Below are positions 11,101-21,500 of a stretch of 64,000 bases of DNA, one piece after another. Within the stretch, counting starts at the first letter, position 1, and each line of letters begins with the position of its first letter. A model generated the notes under the pieces. That model searched no databases. It had not been told where the DNA came from and saw nothing but the letters and a program-made list of their open reading frames with translations. The translations under genes were made by a program, and so were the position numbers. Source of the DNA: Spirochaetales bacterium (GTDB lineage Bacteria; Spirochaetota; Leptospiria; Leptospirales; Leptonemataceae); assembly GCA_024233935.1 (NCBI GenBank), contig JACKOY010000017.1:27096-91095 (forward strand). The letters are read 5' to 3'.

Positions 11101-11361
11101 GACGAAATCAGCTTTCAAACTGAAAGCCTGCAGTTGGAAGCGGGGGACCGGCTTTTGCTCTACACGGACGGCATTTTTGAAGCCGAGAACGAAAATCAGG
11201 AACTGTACGGCGAAGAGCGTCTGCACGCTTTCTGCCAACAAAAGGAAGGCCTCCGGGCTGACGCCTTCGCGGACGGGCTTCTCGAAACGCTGATGGATTG
11301 GAGCGGCGGCGCCGAATCCATTCAGGACGACATCGCACTCATTGTAGTCGACGTTCTTTAG
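8122..11361 (+). CDS. Hybrid sensor: 7TM-DISM periplasmic domain + 7TM, histidine kinase (HisKA+HATPase), receiver domain, PP2C/SpoIIE phosphatase
   Basis: - Signal peptide: ...LLLALFGCA.
- 7TM block: [15 protein letters not shown].
- H-box: [16 protein letters not shown].
- G-box: [18 protein letters not shown].
- Receiver: [11 protein letters not shown]...[16 protein letters not shown]...KPFD.
- PP2C/SpoIIE region: [17 protein letters not shown]...LYTDGIFE.
- The ATG at 8122 is preferred over the upstream ATG 8056 because of the signal peptide. Confidence 0.85.
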   Translation: MIDGARRKRVRGLAVAPLLLALFGCARSDAPSPPEITGGVADLSGWDFATDGIVALDGNWEFLPEQFLQGAEFSGQRPLNVSVPGGWSGAVDESGGRPFADGCGSGTYRLRLQLPDDYGSVLALHLPRLYTASEVDIDGQLVQTFGVLSKTAEDAEPEPHANIIVFHPASSEVEIVARISNFHFRDGGIRHSVLLGLPRQIQEQHENRLDQDLFLAGAYLIMGFYHILLFALRRSDFSPLSFGLACVALAVRQTLVWEFSLPALFPQPGYELYLRLEYLTMLVVPASVWVYVRLLFPEEYPAPVLRLLLLLSAALSLFTLFAPTVVFSRYLIVYQLLLLAGSCISAAFIGLALKRRRPGSALISVGVLVTLAGTLAVILYYMGFTQFGDYGRYSLLGFIACNAALISVRYERAFRTVKRLSGELSSKNEELTRLDRLKDDFLANTSHELRTPLNGIIGITESVLSGASGSLNESTRQNLRLVASSARRLNNLVNDVLDFSRLRHADLALRPVAVDLDSVIEVVLSLSQPLLTDRPIELRHLRKPDLPPVLADEDRVEQILHNLVGNAVKFTKQGHISVGASLLPAAPGREAYVEIFVEDTGIGIPPDKQSMIFESFTQADGSISREYGGTGLGLSISRRLVELHGGAIALASTPGRGSRFSFTLPVANEQTAVVRSDKSAKRSVGQPALPEEQLEVFGGDDTAPPSGHILIVDDDPVNLQVLRNHLLLERYRVTYASNGREGLLALEKNPEIDLVLLDVMMPGLTGYEVARIIRETRSTTELPIILLTARTRINDLVTGLESGANDYLTKPFDARELLARVRTMLELRRAARTQTSLEALRAELELARTIQQSLLPDTVPSIPGLEVAVRYRSMELVGGDFYDIRTTESGAGFLIADVSGHGVPAALIVSIVKTAFWFEKEHLATPAELLSSMNRILTGNIKSEFVTACYAYVDLEQKRLLVANAAHPSLLLLKRDGTPVREIRPRGRLLGFFDEISFQTESLQLEAGDRLLLYTDGIFEAENENQELYGEERLHAFCQQKEGLRADAFADGLLETLMDWSGGAESIQDDIALIVVDVL

Positions 11362-11378
11362 CAAGCTCGCGCATTGCT

Positions 11379-12083
11379 TTACAGTTCCTGAGGCTCTTCG
11401 AAACATTTCCCGGTCGGCGTGATACTGATCATGCGGTCGACGCCCAGCACGCGCGTATCGCCCGAACCCTTTTCTCTAATCAGCGCGTACAGCCGGCCGC
11501 GATAGGTGAAGAGCCGCAGGGGATCGATTTCTGATTCCTGAGGTTTCGGCAGGTTCGTTGAGGAGTATCGAATCGCGCAGGTTTGCAGGCTCAGGATCGC
11601 CGTGTTCAGGGTGTCCATCATGTCGGCCCGATCGGCAGGCGTTTTTGAGATGCCGCCATCGTTCATCACGAATTCCTGAATTTGCTCAAGGCGTTTGGTC
11701 ATCTCGGGCGGTAGCGCCAGTTCCAGCTTGCGAAAGGCCGCCGCGATGTGCTCTTCCATCTCGGCGCCCCGCATAGTATTCGGGTCAGCTTTTAAGGAAT
11801 AAAGCGCGATCATTTCGGCCAGACTGAAATCAATGCGCGGCAGGGTCAGGTTCGGCAGCCGTTCGACAAACTCCTCGGGTAAACGAAAACGCTTGGTGTT
11901 TCTCTCAAAAGGCTCTTCGACGATCGGTAGACCCAGGCGTTCGGCGAGCTTAAAGTAGCGATGGACCGTACGCCGATCGACCTGTAACCCCTCGGCCAGG
12001 CTTTCGATGGTTGCTCCGTCGGGCCCGGCCAACTGGTCTACGAAGAGCAAGAACTGATAAACATTGCGTCCGCGGTCGACCAT
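11379..12083 (-). CDS. WYL-domain transcriptional regulator (N-terminal HTH + C-terminal WYL)
   Basis: HTH: TIESLAEGLQVDRRTVHRYFKLAERLGLPIVE. The C-terminal ...DPLRLFTYRGRLYALIREKGSGDTRVLGVDRM matches the WYL ligand-binding fold pattern. ATG at 12083; the longer ORF start at 12098 is TTG. Confidence 0.65.
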   Translation of the reverse strand: MVDRGRNVYQFLLFVDQLAGPDGATIESLAEGLQVDRRTVHRYFKLAERLGLPIVEEPFERNTKRFRLPEEFVERLPNLTLPRIDFSLAEMIALYSLKADPNTMRGAEMEEHIAAAFRKLELALPPEMTKRLEQIQEFVMNDGGISKTPADRADMMDTLNTAILSLQTCAIRYSSTNLPKPQESEIDPLRLFTYRGRLYALIREKGSGDTRVLGVDRMISITPTGKCFEEPQEL

Positions 12084-12593
12084 GTTGACTACCAACAATG
12101 GACGAATGGCACGTGCGGGAAAATGTAATACTGCAGCATATTAATAAAAAATAAATTGTGTGACCAGATATGTCATAACCAGCGTGGCAACGGGTTGAGG
12201 CGACCTGAGACAGAACCGGGCACACATCGCTCACGAAAGGTTAACCCTTCGCGGGCGCCGGGCAAAACTGCATGCAGGTTCGGGCTCCACTCACGAAACG
12301 CCGTTCAGCTTTCACCGGCATCGTCCTGCCGACCCGCCGCAAAGAAAATGCTTCGCCTCATTCGGCCCCGGGCACCAGGAGCCCGGGCGTTGCGAAGCCA
12401 CATCGGCGCCATGTCCGCAAACACGGCCGGCGTCGAGGAGGGCTGCTCCGGGCCCGTCCCTTGAGCATGCGACCGACCCTCCGGCGCGGATCGCCCTTTT
12501 CACCGGCCCCGGCGCGTTCCTGCTGCGACCGGAAACCTGTTGAATATCATAAATCTTCTCTTGCGTTGCGGGCTGCACGTGCGGGCTTGAACA

Positions 12594-13202
12594 ATGGATG
12601 CGGGACGACTTATTCTCAGACTACTCACGGACGAAACGCTGCGGGACCAGGTGTTCTATCTACTGGTTCTCATCGCGGTAGTTTCCACCATTCTCAGTAT
12701 TACGGCCACCTGGTTGAATTTTCTCAAGACCAGGCTGGAACGGGAGAAGTGGAAACACGAGAAGGAAAGCTGGAAGATCAATCTCATAAGCCAGGTGGAC
12801 CTGGATTTGTTTAAGAAGCGTCTGGAAAGCTATCCGCTGATTATGCAGACCCTGAGCCCCCTGTCGGACTACATGCTGGACCAGATCCCACGGAGCACTT
12901 TAAAGAAAGTGGCCACGGAACTTCATCGGGCGGCGTACGGGGAGCCGGGCCTGTTTATGGATTCGGACACGCGCAAGGAGATCGTGAAGTTGCGCGACCT
13001 GTGTCAGCGTTTTGCCGCGGCGCCTGACAGGGGAGACCGCTCCCGATTGCGACGTGAGTTGCTGCGCCGTCGTACGGATGTGATTGAACGTCTGCGACGC
13101 GATCTCGGCCACCGCAGTATCTGGCGCCCGGACCTCGAGGAGTTTCTATCGCTGAGCGACGAGAAAGCCCGTAGCGCGTTACCCGCAGGTCACCGGGCCT
13201 GA
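12594..13202 (+). CDS. Hypothetical membrane-anchored coiled-coil protein (202 aa)
   Basis: ATG at 12594. One N-terminal TM (VFYLLVLIAVVSTILSITATWLNFL), then a charged coiled-coil-like stretch. No recognisable domain. Confidence 0.4.
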   Translation: MDAGRLILRLLTDETLRDQVFYLLVLIAVVSTILSITATWLNFLKTRLEREKWKHEKESWKINLISQVDLDLFKKRLESYPLIMQTLSPLSDYMLDQIPRSTLKKVATELHRAAYGEPGLFMDSDTRKEIVKLRDLCQRFAAAPDRGDRSRLRRELLRRRTDVIERLRRDLGHRSIWRPDLEEFLSLSDEKARSALPAGHRA

Positions 13203-13303
13203 AGTGACCGGCCCGCTTCAGCGCCAACCTGAAGATAAGCGGAGTCTGTTTCTTGACGGCCGCCGGGATGCCCTTCAGCGTGTCGCGGCCGGGAGGCCGA
13301 AAC

Positions 13304-14017
13304 ATGAGCGCAGATGCGAACGAGACCCAGTATATCGACATTGATGGCGAAGCACCGCGGGTCGATGACGCTGTCTTGAGCCGGCACAGCATCCGCGACT
13401 ACAGCAATCGGCCGGTGCCACGCGAAACTCTGGAAGAGTTATTCGAGCTGGCACTGCGGGCTCCCAGCTGGAAGAATTCCCAGCCCTGGCGTATCTATGT
13501 CTTGACCGGCGCTACCCGCGATCGGGTCGCCGCTTCGCTTGTAAAAGCCGCCCGGGAAACGCAGTCGTCACAACCGGACTTTGAATGGCCCGCAGCCTAT
13601 CCGGCCGACGCCAGGCGGCGTATGTTTGATCTCGGCATGCGGGTCTATGAGGCGGCCGGAATTGAACGAAAGGACAAGGCGGCCCGCGACGAATTTATGC
13701 TGCGCAATTTCAATTTCTTTGGTGCTCCGGTGGGCGTGTTTATCACGACCACCTTCGAACCGAATTACTATGTCGCGCTCGACCTGGGTTGCCTGTTGGA
13801 ATCGATCATGCTTCTGGCCCGGGCGCGCGGCCTGGCTACCTGTCCGCAGGCCGCGCTGGGCGCTTTCCCGGAGGTCGTGCGTCGAGAGCTTGCGTTGTCG
13901 GACGCGGAGCGCGTGGTATGCGGGCTCAGCATGGGCTATGCCACACCGGATTCGAAGCTCAATCGCTTTCATTCGCCGCGGGCGCCGCTCGCAGAACTGC
14001 TTCAATTTCGAGAGTAG
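13304..14017 (+). CDS. Nitroreductase-family NAD(P)H-flavin oxidoreductase
   Basis: GGGAGG sits 8 nt upstream of ATG 13304. LSRHSIRDYSNRPVPRETLEELFELALRAPSWKNSQPWRIYV is the classic nitroreductase N-terminal FMN-binding pattern. Confidence 0.8.
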   Translation: MSADANETQYIDIDGEAPRVDDAVLSRHSIRDYSNRPVPRETLEELFELALRAPSWKNSQPWRIYVLTGATRDRVAASLVKAARETQSSQPDFEWPAAYPADARRRMFDLGMRVYEAAGIERKDKAARDEFMLRNFNFFGAPVGVFITTTFEPNYYVALDLGCLLESIMLLARARGLATCPQAALGAFPEVVRRELALSDAERVVCGLSMGYATPDSKLNRFHSPRAPLAELLQFRE

Positions 14018-14157
14018 GAGTTCGCGCGGGGATGCGGCGTCGCGGCCGGACCCGCTTCGAAGCAGGATCCGATTCGGTGATCCTCACGGTCGTTTTTCTT
14101 TTTGTAGCAGGGGGAGGCAATGCTTGCTTTCGTAGTGCGGAGCAGCTTTTTCGTCCC

Positions 14158-14583
14158 ATGAATCTTCCGGGCCCTGTACCTCTCTCCTTGCTTTTGTTTC
14201 TGTTCTGGACTTTGCTTCTCGCACTCATCACGGTGTCTTACCGCGGTCTTCTGGTCTTTTCCGGTCAGAAACGCATTCACGAGTTCCCGGCCGATCAGCC
14301 CCACGGTAAGGACTGGTACCGTCGCCTGATGCGAGCTCATCTGAATTGCCTGGAGAACTTGCCCGTGTTTGCGACTCTGATCCTCCTCGGGCTCTTCATG
14401 AATCGTACGCAGCACTTCGAGCAGTTTGTACTGTTGATTCCTGCCTTTCGTGTCGTGCAATCCACAACCCACGTGATTTCCGGCGGCCCCATCGCAGTAA
14501 CGATTCGCTTCAGTTTCTACTTCTTGCAGATCGCTATGCTGGTCTGGATCGGTTTGGGGCTGCTTGGTCTGGTGGGTTATTGA
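14158..14583 (+). CDS. MAPEG-family membrane protein (141 aa, 4 TM)
   Basis: Four hydrophobic helices. The RAHLNCLENLPVFATLILLGLF region resembles the MAPEG conserved core. It ends 7 nt before the next gene. Confidence 0.55.
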   Translation: MNLPGPVPLSLLLFLFWTLLLALITVSYRGLLVFSGQKRIHEFPADQPHGKDWYRRLMRAHLNCLENLPVFATLILLGLFMNRTQHFEQFVLLIPAFRVVQSTTHVISGGPIAVTIRFSFYFLQIAMLVWIGLGLLGLVGY

Positions 14584-14589
14584 TCTAAC

Positions 14590-16371
14590 ATGAATCCTGT
14601 TGGCCCGGCGAACGCTCCCGATCCACGTAACCGATGGGCAGCCTGGATCGCGCTCTTCTTTTGTGTCTGGGCCGTAGTCAGTCGCGTTTGGGTCACCGAA
14701 GACGCCTACATAACATTTCGTGCGATTGAAAACCTGTTCGCCGGACACGGCCTGGTTTTTAATCCCGGGGACCGCGTGGAGGTGTTTACGCATCCGCTCT
14801 GGATGTTGTTGCTGGTGTCGATTCGTGCTATCGGCCTGCCATTGCATATCGGTTCGATCGTTCTGGGTCTGAGTTTTTCTCTGGGCACGCTTGCCTTTCT
14901 TGTGTTTCGCCGCACGCCGGCGGGCAACCGCGCTTTGCCGGTCGCGGCCCTGGCTCTGGTTTCGATCTCGGGCTTTCGTGATTTCGCGACCGCGGGCATG
15001 GAATACAGCCTGGTATTCTTTCTTCTGACTTTATTGGTCTTTGCTCTGCGGACCGAGAAACTACGTGACCGGCCCTTTTTTTACTCCGGTCTGCTCGCAG
15101 CACTATACCTGACCAGGCCGGAGCTGGCTTTGCTTGCGGTGTACTACAGTGCGTTTTTCGCTTTCGAGTTGCTCGAACTAGATGGTCGGGAGCTCTTTTA
15201 CAAGCGGGACCTTTCGGCTCTCGCGGGCCGGGTACTCCGCAAGGGGCTGCCCTGGCTTGTCGGTTTTGTTCTGGTGGCGGGCAGCTATCATCTGTTTCGG
15301 GCGTTCTATTATGGAGATATTTTTCCGAACACCTACTACGCGAAGGCCGGCCTCTCTTCCTATTTTTCGCAGGGCTGGAAGTATCTGGCGCTGACCTTGC
15401 TCTGGTCGCCTGCGCTCTGGCTGCTCGCCATTTGGTTTTTCATTACGATGGCGTGGCGGCGCTTGCGGGCCGTCGCAGCTCCGCGGCTGCACTTCGAGAC
15501 CCTGCGTGAACTGGGAGCTGCCGTTCTGGTCACGGTGTACGTGGTGCGGGTTGGCGGGGATTTCATGGCTTTTCGTTTTCTTCTGGCGCCAATCATGCTC
15601 GCCGTGCTTGCATTGCAACGGCTGATGGACGCATTTCCGATGGGGCAGGGGCGCCCCTGGTTGCGACTGGCGCTGCCGGCACTGGCTCTCGTGCTTTCGT
15701 TTTTCCCGGTGCCGCCTTCGAGTGGTGTGATCGCCGATGAACGACAACAGTTTGTTGAGGGCGAGACGCTGGTGACGCTCTGGACATCGTCGGAACATCG
15801 CTGGGGCCGGACCGGCCACCGGTTCGGGGAATTTGCGCGCTGCCTGGGCGTCGAAGAAATGCACATCACCAACAGCATTACCCAGGCGCGTTGCATGCAG
15901 GGCATCGGCCTGGGGTACTTTGGTGTAAACGCCGGGCCGCAGGTTTGGATTCTGGACGAACAGGGCCTGCCCAATCGAGACGTGGCCACAAGTCCGGTGC
16001 TCTTTCGCTGGCGACCCGGCCACGAACACTACATCGATTTAAGCCATGTGGTTCGCAGTCGTTCCTGGTTTTGTTCTTCCGGGGAGCCGGCTTTTGATCG
16101 TGTGATGGCAACTCCGATTGGCATACTGATCAGTCTGGATCCGGCCGTGCTTTCTACGGTTCCCGACGTGCGGTCGCGGCTGGCCGCCCTGGTCCGGCTT
16201 AAAAATGCCGGAAGCGTCATCGTGCCCATGCTGGAAACTGAGTACGGCGTGCGCGTCGAAGAACTGGAACGTCAGGCCGTCACCTGGCAAGCCGATCCGT
16301 TGCTCACGTTCCAACATCGTTGCTGGCGCAACTCCTGGCCGCCCGATCGCGAGCGCCCGTACCCATTCTAG
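14590..16371 (+). CDS. Polytopic integral-membrane protein, putative GT-C-type glycosyltransferase (arabinofuranosyl/mannosyl-transferase-like)
   Basis: 593 aa with more than 10 TM helices. An early acidic motif VTEDAYITFRAIENLF lies in the first loop, where GT-C enzymes carry a DD/DE motif. The assignment is by architecture only. Confidence 0.5.
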   Translation: MNPVGPANAPDPRNRWAAWIALFFCVWAVVSRVWVTEDAYITFRAIENLFAGHGLVFNPGDRVEVFTHPLWMLLLVSIRAIGLPLHIGSIVLGLSFSLGTLAFLVFRRTPAGNRALPVAALALVSISGFRDFATAGMEYSLVFFLLTLLVFALRTEKLRDRPFFYSGLLAALYLTRPELALLAVYYSAFFAFELLELDGRELFYKRDLSALAGRVLRKGLPWLVGFVLVAGSYHLFRAFYYGDIFPNTYYAKAGLSSYFSQGWKYLALTLLWSPALWLLAIWFFITMAWRRLRAVAAPRLHFETLRELGAAVLVTVYVVRVGGDFMAFRFLLAPIMLAVLALQRLMDAFPMGQGRPWLRLALPALALVLSFFPVPPSSGVIADERQQFVEGETLVTLWTSSEHRWGRTGHRFGEFARCLGVEEMHITNSITQARCMQGIGLGYFGVNAGPQVWILDEQGLPNRDVATSPVLFRWRPGHEHYIDLSHVVRSRSWFCSSGEPAFDRVMATPIGILISLDPAVLSTVPDVRSRLAALVRLKNAGSVIVPMLETEYGVRVEELERQAVTWQADPLLTFQHRCWRNSWPPDRERPYPF

Positions 16372-16376
16372 CGGTT

Positions 16377-16393
16377 CGCCGCAAACCGCGGCG
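16377..16393. terminator. GC hairpin (CGCCGC-aaacc-GCGGCG) between convergent genes; candidate bidirectional terminator without a clear U-tract
   Basis: Seen directly: a 6-bp perfect stem with a 5-nt loop, placed between the stop at 16371 (+) and the stop at 16417 (-). Confidence 0.25.
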
Positions 16394-16416
16394 ATTAGCG
16401 AGAAAACGCGGGAGGC

Positions 16417-17178
16417 CTAAAAGCTGTCGTAGACGTAGAAGCTACCGAACAAAGCCGTACAGTCGTTCTGCATTGCAGTGTCGCTGGCGTAATCTCCCGT
16501 GTAGCCGCGATACGAGACCAATCCCTGTCCGGTTCCGCTTCCCTGATACGTCTTGCAGGTGCCCTGGCGACTTGTGCTGCTGCAGGCGGCGGCGTTGTAG
16601 GTGCCACCGATGTTGGCGCAGTGGGTGGCCGGGTTGTCAAAGTCCGTATCGTAGTCCATACATTCGTTTGCAAGTGTTCCATCAAATCCGGTGCAACGGC
16701 CGGAACCCGAGGGAGTCTGAAATGTACTGGTCGTGTCGATCTCGTAGGAACCTGCAGAACTGCCGACGCCGGAAACCACCGCATAGGTAGTGCCGGAACT
16801 GAAAACGGTCAGCGAAAAGCCTTCGGCACTCCCCGCCCCGTTGTTGTTGTAGCGGGTCCCGGAACCGGAAGGGTTCGAACAGAAGAAGATCTCTCCGTCG
16901 AAGCCACCACTCAGGCCGTACAGGACTACAAGGTATTTGCCTCCGGCCGAGCCGAAGAAGCTGTACCCGTCTTCGGTCCCCGACGAAAGCGTGCCGTTTC
17001 GAGCCGTGCCCGTCAGGCTACCCGAAGATGTGGCCGTCGTGTCGCCACACGTGATTGCATTCGAAGAGCCACTTCGTGAAGCACCAAGCAGAAGCAGTGC
17101 AAGCGGATCAATCTCTTCCTCGGCCGGTTCGGTCGTGCAGGCCAGGGTAACCGCCACGGAGCACATAAGAATCGGCAT
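16417..17178 (-). CDS. Ser/Gly/Thr-rich secreted lipoprotein, hypothetical
   Basis: MPILMCSVAVTLACTTE signal peptide with lipobox. Low-complexity S/G/T-rich mature region with 10 Cys. Start chosen at the ATG that gives the signal peptide. Confidence 0.45.
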   Translation of the reverse strand: MPILMCSVAVTLACTTEPAEEEIDPLALLLLGASRSGSSNAITCGDTTATSSGSLTGTARNGTLSSGTEDGYSFFGSAGGKYLVVLYGLSGGFDGEIFFCSNPSGSGTRYNNNGAGSAEGFSLTVFSSGTTYAVVSGVGSSAGSYEIDTTSTFQTPSGSGRCTGFDGTLANECMDYDTDFDNPATHCANIGGTYNAAACSSTSRQGTCKTYQGSGTGQGLVSYRGYTGDYASDTAMQNDCTALFGSFYVYDSF

Positions 17179-17257
17179 CCATCGGCGGTAATGGCAAGGG
17201 AGGTCCATAACCGCACCTGCTTTGCATGCCATAAAATATGTAAATTAAAAAAATATA

Positions 17258-18406
17258 TCAATGTAAAATATTGTTCTGTTTGAGACGCGATGCCGGTCGG
17301 TCCCGCGGTGTTCCGCCCAGGAAGCGCCAGGCTTTCTCCAGGTAGCCCACCGGGGGCAGCGGCCGGTGCGGCAGTTCGTACGCGTCTTGCTGCCCGGACG
17401 CAATATCCTCTTCAAGGGTTTCGGCCCAGTGCGGGTCGATGGCGTTCAGCCGGCGATCGACCTGGCGTTTGCTCGCAGAAGCCAGAGCGAGGTAACTTTC
17501 ACGCAGGCGTTCCCGGCACAAAACCCGATAGGCATTCGTTCGCAGGCGCCGAAAAAGCACCCCACCGCTGGCATGATCGAATCGTCGTCGTCCGAGGCGA
17601 AACGCGCGCGCATTTTGAAGCAGATAAGGCAGATAGTCCCGGCAGATCCGCAAGAAAATCGCATCCCAGTTCTTCGAATCGAAGCGGGGCGCGCTCGTCC
17701 AACGCGCTCGAAAGGAACTGGCCCGCGCATTCCAGAGCCGGGCTACCCATTCATAGACTTCCGGAGCCCGCTGCCGCATGATCGAAGCCGGCGTCGGATC
17801 GATGCTGAAATGCCGGAACATGGGTCCCATAAATGCAAAGTCGACCAGGCCGGGGGCCGATCCCGAAAGAAAAGGCTGTTCGCGCAGAATGTTCGAGAGC
17901 GAACTCAGGCTTTCCAGATACAACTCCTCAATGGTCGGTCGCGTTTCCCGACGTACGCCATCGCCGCGGACGAAAACCAGATACTGCCTGGCGGCGAAGT
18001 AGTACGCGAGCCAGCGTCCGGGCAAAGGTCCGCCGCTTAGAATTTCGCGGCCGGCCCGCAGACGATTCAGCGCCCGGTCGGGGGCAAAGGCCCAGCGGTA
18101 GTACATGGCCGGCCTCCAGAGCCATTCATCGCAGTAGTCTTCGATGAGCAGCGCCAGAAAGCGGCGGGCGGGATCCGCAGGCAATACGGGAGCGGAAGGG
18201 TGGGCCTGTTCCAGAAACGCGATCATCGGGCTCGTATCGCTCAACCAGTGACCATCCGCAGTTTGCATGACCGGCACTTTCATAAGGCCGGTCTTCGCAT
18301 AGACCGTGTTCAGCAACTGCGCGTGCGTCACTGTGATTCTTTCAAAGGGAATTTCTTTGTAGCGGAGGTAGCTCTCGAACTTGCCGCTGAAGTACGAGAT
18401 ATCCAT
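17258..18406 (-). CDS. Glutathione S-transferase-like protein (GST N- and C-terminal domains)
   Basis: From ATG 18406: MDISYFSGKFESYLRYKEIPFERI... (thioredoxin-like GST N-domain), followed by a helical C-domain. The upstream 142 codons of the long ORF lack coding character. Confidence 0.6.
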   Translation of the reverse strand: MDISYFSGKFESYLRYKEIPFERITVTHAQLLNTVYAKTGLMKVPVMQTADGHWLSDTSPMIAFLEQAHPSAPVLPADPARRFLALLIEDYCDEWLWRPAMYYRWAFAPDRALNRLRAGREILSGGPLPGRWLAYYFAARQYLVFVRGDGVRRETRPTIEELYLESLSSLSNILREQPFLSGSAPGLVDFAFMGPMFRHFSIDPTPASIMRQRAPEVYEWVARLWNARASSFRARWTSAPRFDSKNWDAIFLRICRDYLPYLLQNARAFRLGRRRFDHASGGVLFRRLRTNAYRVLCRERLRESYLALASASKRQVDRRLNAIDPHWAETLEEDIASGQQDAYELPHRPLPPVGYLEKAWRFLGGTPRDRPASRLKQNNILH

Positions 18407-18575
18407 CAGATACACGCGCGGGAGGGACGATTCGGCGGGTCGGGATTGCACACAAATGGCTAAACCGGGCTTCTGGAATGTCAAATGCATTGGCGCAAAT
18501 CCTGATTGACGCAAACCGATGGATGCGCTAATATACCCCATAGGGTATATCCTGGCGGAACGACCGGAGGTGGTG

Positions 18576-21500
18576 ATGGACTCGGAGCAGGGCAAGACAC
18601 TCAACTGGACCGGCCGCATAACGCGGCTGTTTGTTGAAAATGGCCGCCTGACTTTGCTTTTGGCCCTGACTCTGCTCGGATGGGGACTCTTTGCCTTTGC
18701 CACGACCCCGCGCCAGTACAATCCACGCATTACGGCCCCCGCCTTTGAACTGGTTGTGGAGTTTCCGGGCGCCAGTCGGCGGGAAGTCCTGGAGCAGGTC
18801 ACGCGGCCCCTGGAAAATGTAATCTCCGACATCCCGGGTGTGGAAGACGTCTACTCTGTGACCACCCGCGGCGGCCGCTCGGTTGTGCGCGCGAATTTCT
18901 TTGTCGGTGAAGATCCTCAGGCTGCCAAAATTCTTCTATCCGATCGCATTCAAAGCAATCTGAACCTGGCGCCCCTCGGCATCCAGGCGCCGCTGATTCG
19001 TTCTATTGATCCGGACGACGTGCCGGTCATGACGATTGCTCTTTATGGAGCGAACACTGACCCCATTGCGTTGCGCAAGCTCGGCTTTCGCCTCCGCGAT
19101 CGGTTGCGAACCGTTGCGGGCGCTTCGAACATAGAAGTGATCGGCGGACGGCGGCGGGAGCTTTCCATACGCTTCGACCCGAATCGCATGGCCCGGAGCG
19201 GGATCGCCCTCGAAGACATTGAACGGGCTCTGCAGCGCTCCAATGTGTACATGCACTCGGGTCAGATCAAGTCTCCCGATCGATCGCTCGAACTTGAGGC
19301 CACCGGCGCCGTGGAACGCCCGTCCGATCTCGAGAACCTCGTGGTAGTCACCGGCGATTTCGGTCAAACACGCCTGCGCGAAGTGGCCACGGTCCGGGAG
19401 GCTACGCGCGAAATTGAAGACTACGTGCGTCACATGGAACGCACGCCGACAGGCCCGGCCGAATACGATGACGTTGTTCTTCTGAGCGTGGCCAAACTCA
19501 AAGACGCGAACATCTCAGACGTAACCCAAAGCGTCAGCGCCGAGCTGGAACGTCTCCGCCAGGACTTTCTTCCTGACAATGTTCAGGCACGGGTTATTGT
19601 AAATGAAGGGGAAACGGCCACCGAAGAGATTCGCGGTCTGGTCATAAACCTCGTACAGGCGATCACGATTGTGATCGCCATTCTCTTGTTTTTTCTGAAC
19701 GTGCGTGCCGCGATTCTGGTCGCAGTTTCGATACCGCTGACTCTCCTGACTGTTTTCGGGATTGCTCATCTTTCCGGTCAGAGCATCAATCGCATTACGC
19801 TCTTTGCGCTGATCCTTTCCCTCGGACTTCTGGTCGATAACGCGACGGTCGTCATTGAAAATATCGTGCGCTGGTTCCGGGATCGCGGTGCGCAGGATCG
19901 AGACCGGGCCCGCTCGCTGATCGTCGCGGCGGTCAGCGAGGTGGGTCCAGGACTCTTCATGTCCACCGTTACAACGGTGCTGGCTTTTATTCCCATGGCA
20001 TTTGTCACGGGCATGATGGGGCCGTACATGGGGCCGATTCCGTTTTTTGTTCCGGCGGCGCTCATTGTTTCCCTGTTCTTGTCTTTTAGTATCAATCCCT
20101 GGCTGGCGGCCATCATTCTACCAGTGGGAACGCCGGACGCTGCTTCGACGGCGCCGCATCCGCTGCTGCAACGTGTGTCGGCTTTATTTCGACCCCTGTT
20201 CGATCTCGGGGAGCGAATCTTTCAGCTGTACCGTCGTTTTCTGCACAACATTCTCTCTGATCGTCGATTGCGTCTGCGGGTTCTGATGGGCATTTTGGTT
20301 TTGATAACGCTTTCGGCCGCCTTGCCCGCCGTGCAGCTGGTGCGCTTTCGCATGTTGCCAAAAGCCGATCGACGGCAGTTCTTTCTGTTTATTGATCTGC
20401 CGGCGGGCACACCTCTGGCGGAAACCCTGCGCGTCACACGCGCCTACGAACAGCTGCTTTTGGCCGAGCCCGAGATCGTCATGACGCAGTCCTTTGTGGG
20501 CCAACCGCCGATTCTCGATTTCAACGGGCTTTTCCGGGGTGTTTCCGAACGTGTGCTTCCGCATCAGGCAAGCATTCGCGTTGGCCTGACCCATCCGGAC
20601 GATCGTGGCGAGACTTCGGCGGAGCTCGTACGCGGATATCGAGACGATCTGCTTGCCGCTCGCTCACAGATCGCAAATGCTGAAACGCTTCGTCTGAAAC
20701 TGGTCGAGGACCCGCCGGGGCCGCCGGTGCTTTCAACTTTACTGGTCCGGGTTCAGGGGTACGATGAAGACTTGCTTCGATCGGTAGCCACAGACCTGCG
20801 TCCCTTTGTCGACTCCGTATCGGGCGTGGTCGATACCGATATTTCGGTTCCGGAAGACACGACCACGCTGCAGGTGCGCATCGACAATGCCCGCGCCACC
20901 CGTAGCCGGGTGGATGCGATTCGCATCGCAAACGCGCTCTCCACTTCTTACGGCGGCCGTGTGGTCGGTGTCTATCACAACGAGAACAATATTGAGCAGG
21001 AATTCATCACGTTGCGCATGGATCGGCGCTTTCGCGAATCGCCGGCGACACTGAGTGAGCTTTACATTTACAATGATCTCGGAATTCGTGTGCCGCTTTC
21101 CGATGTGGCCCGCATCGTATCCGTTCCGACCGAAAAACCGATTCGGCGCGAGAACCGTCTGTCGACCGTGTATTTGTACGGCGATATGTCCGGCCGTTCC
21201 ATCACCTACTCCGCGATCGATATTCTGAGTCACCTGAGCGACTATCGTCTGCCTTCCGGCGAAGCGGAACTGGAAGATTTCTCGTTGTTCGGGGCAACGT
21301 ATCGTCTGCCGGACGGCCGGGAGGTGCAGGTATCGATCGGCGGCGAATGGGAGCTGACGCTGGAAGTGTTTCGGGATCTGGGTCTGGCGATGGGTGTCGC
21401 CGTCTTTCTTGTGTATGTCGTTCTTGTGGCTCAGTTTTCTTCGTTTAAGGAACCGCTGATCATCATGTCCACCATTCCGCTGGGTCTGATCGGTGTGTTG

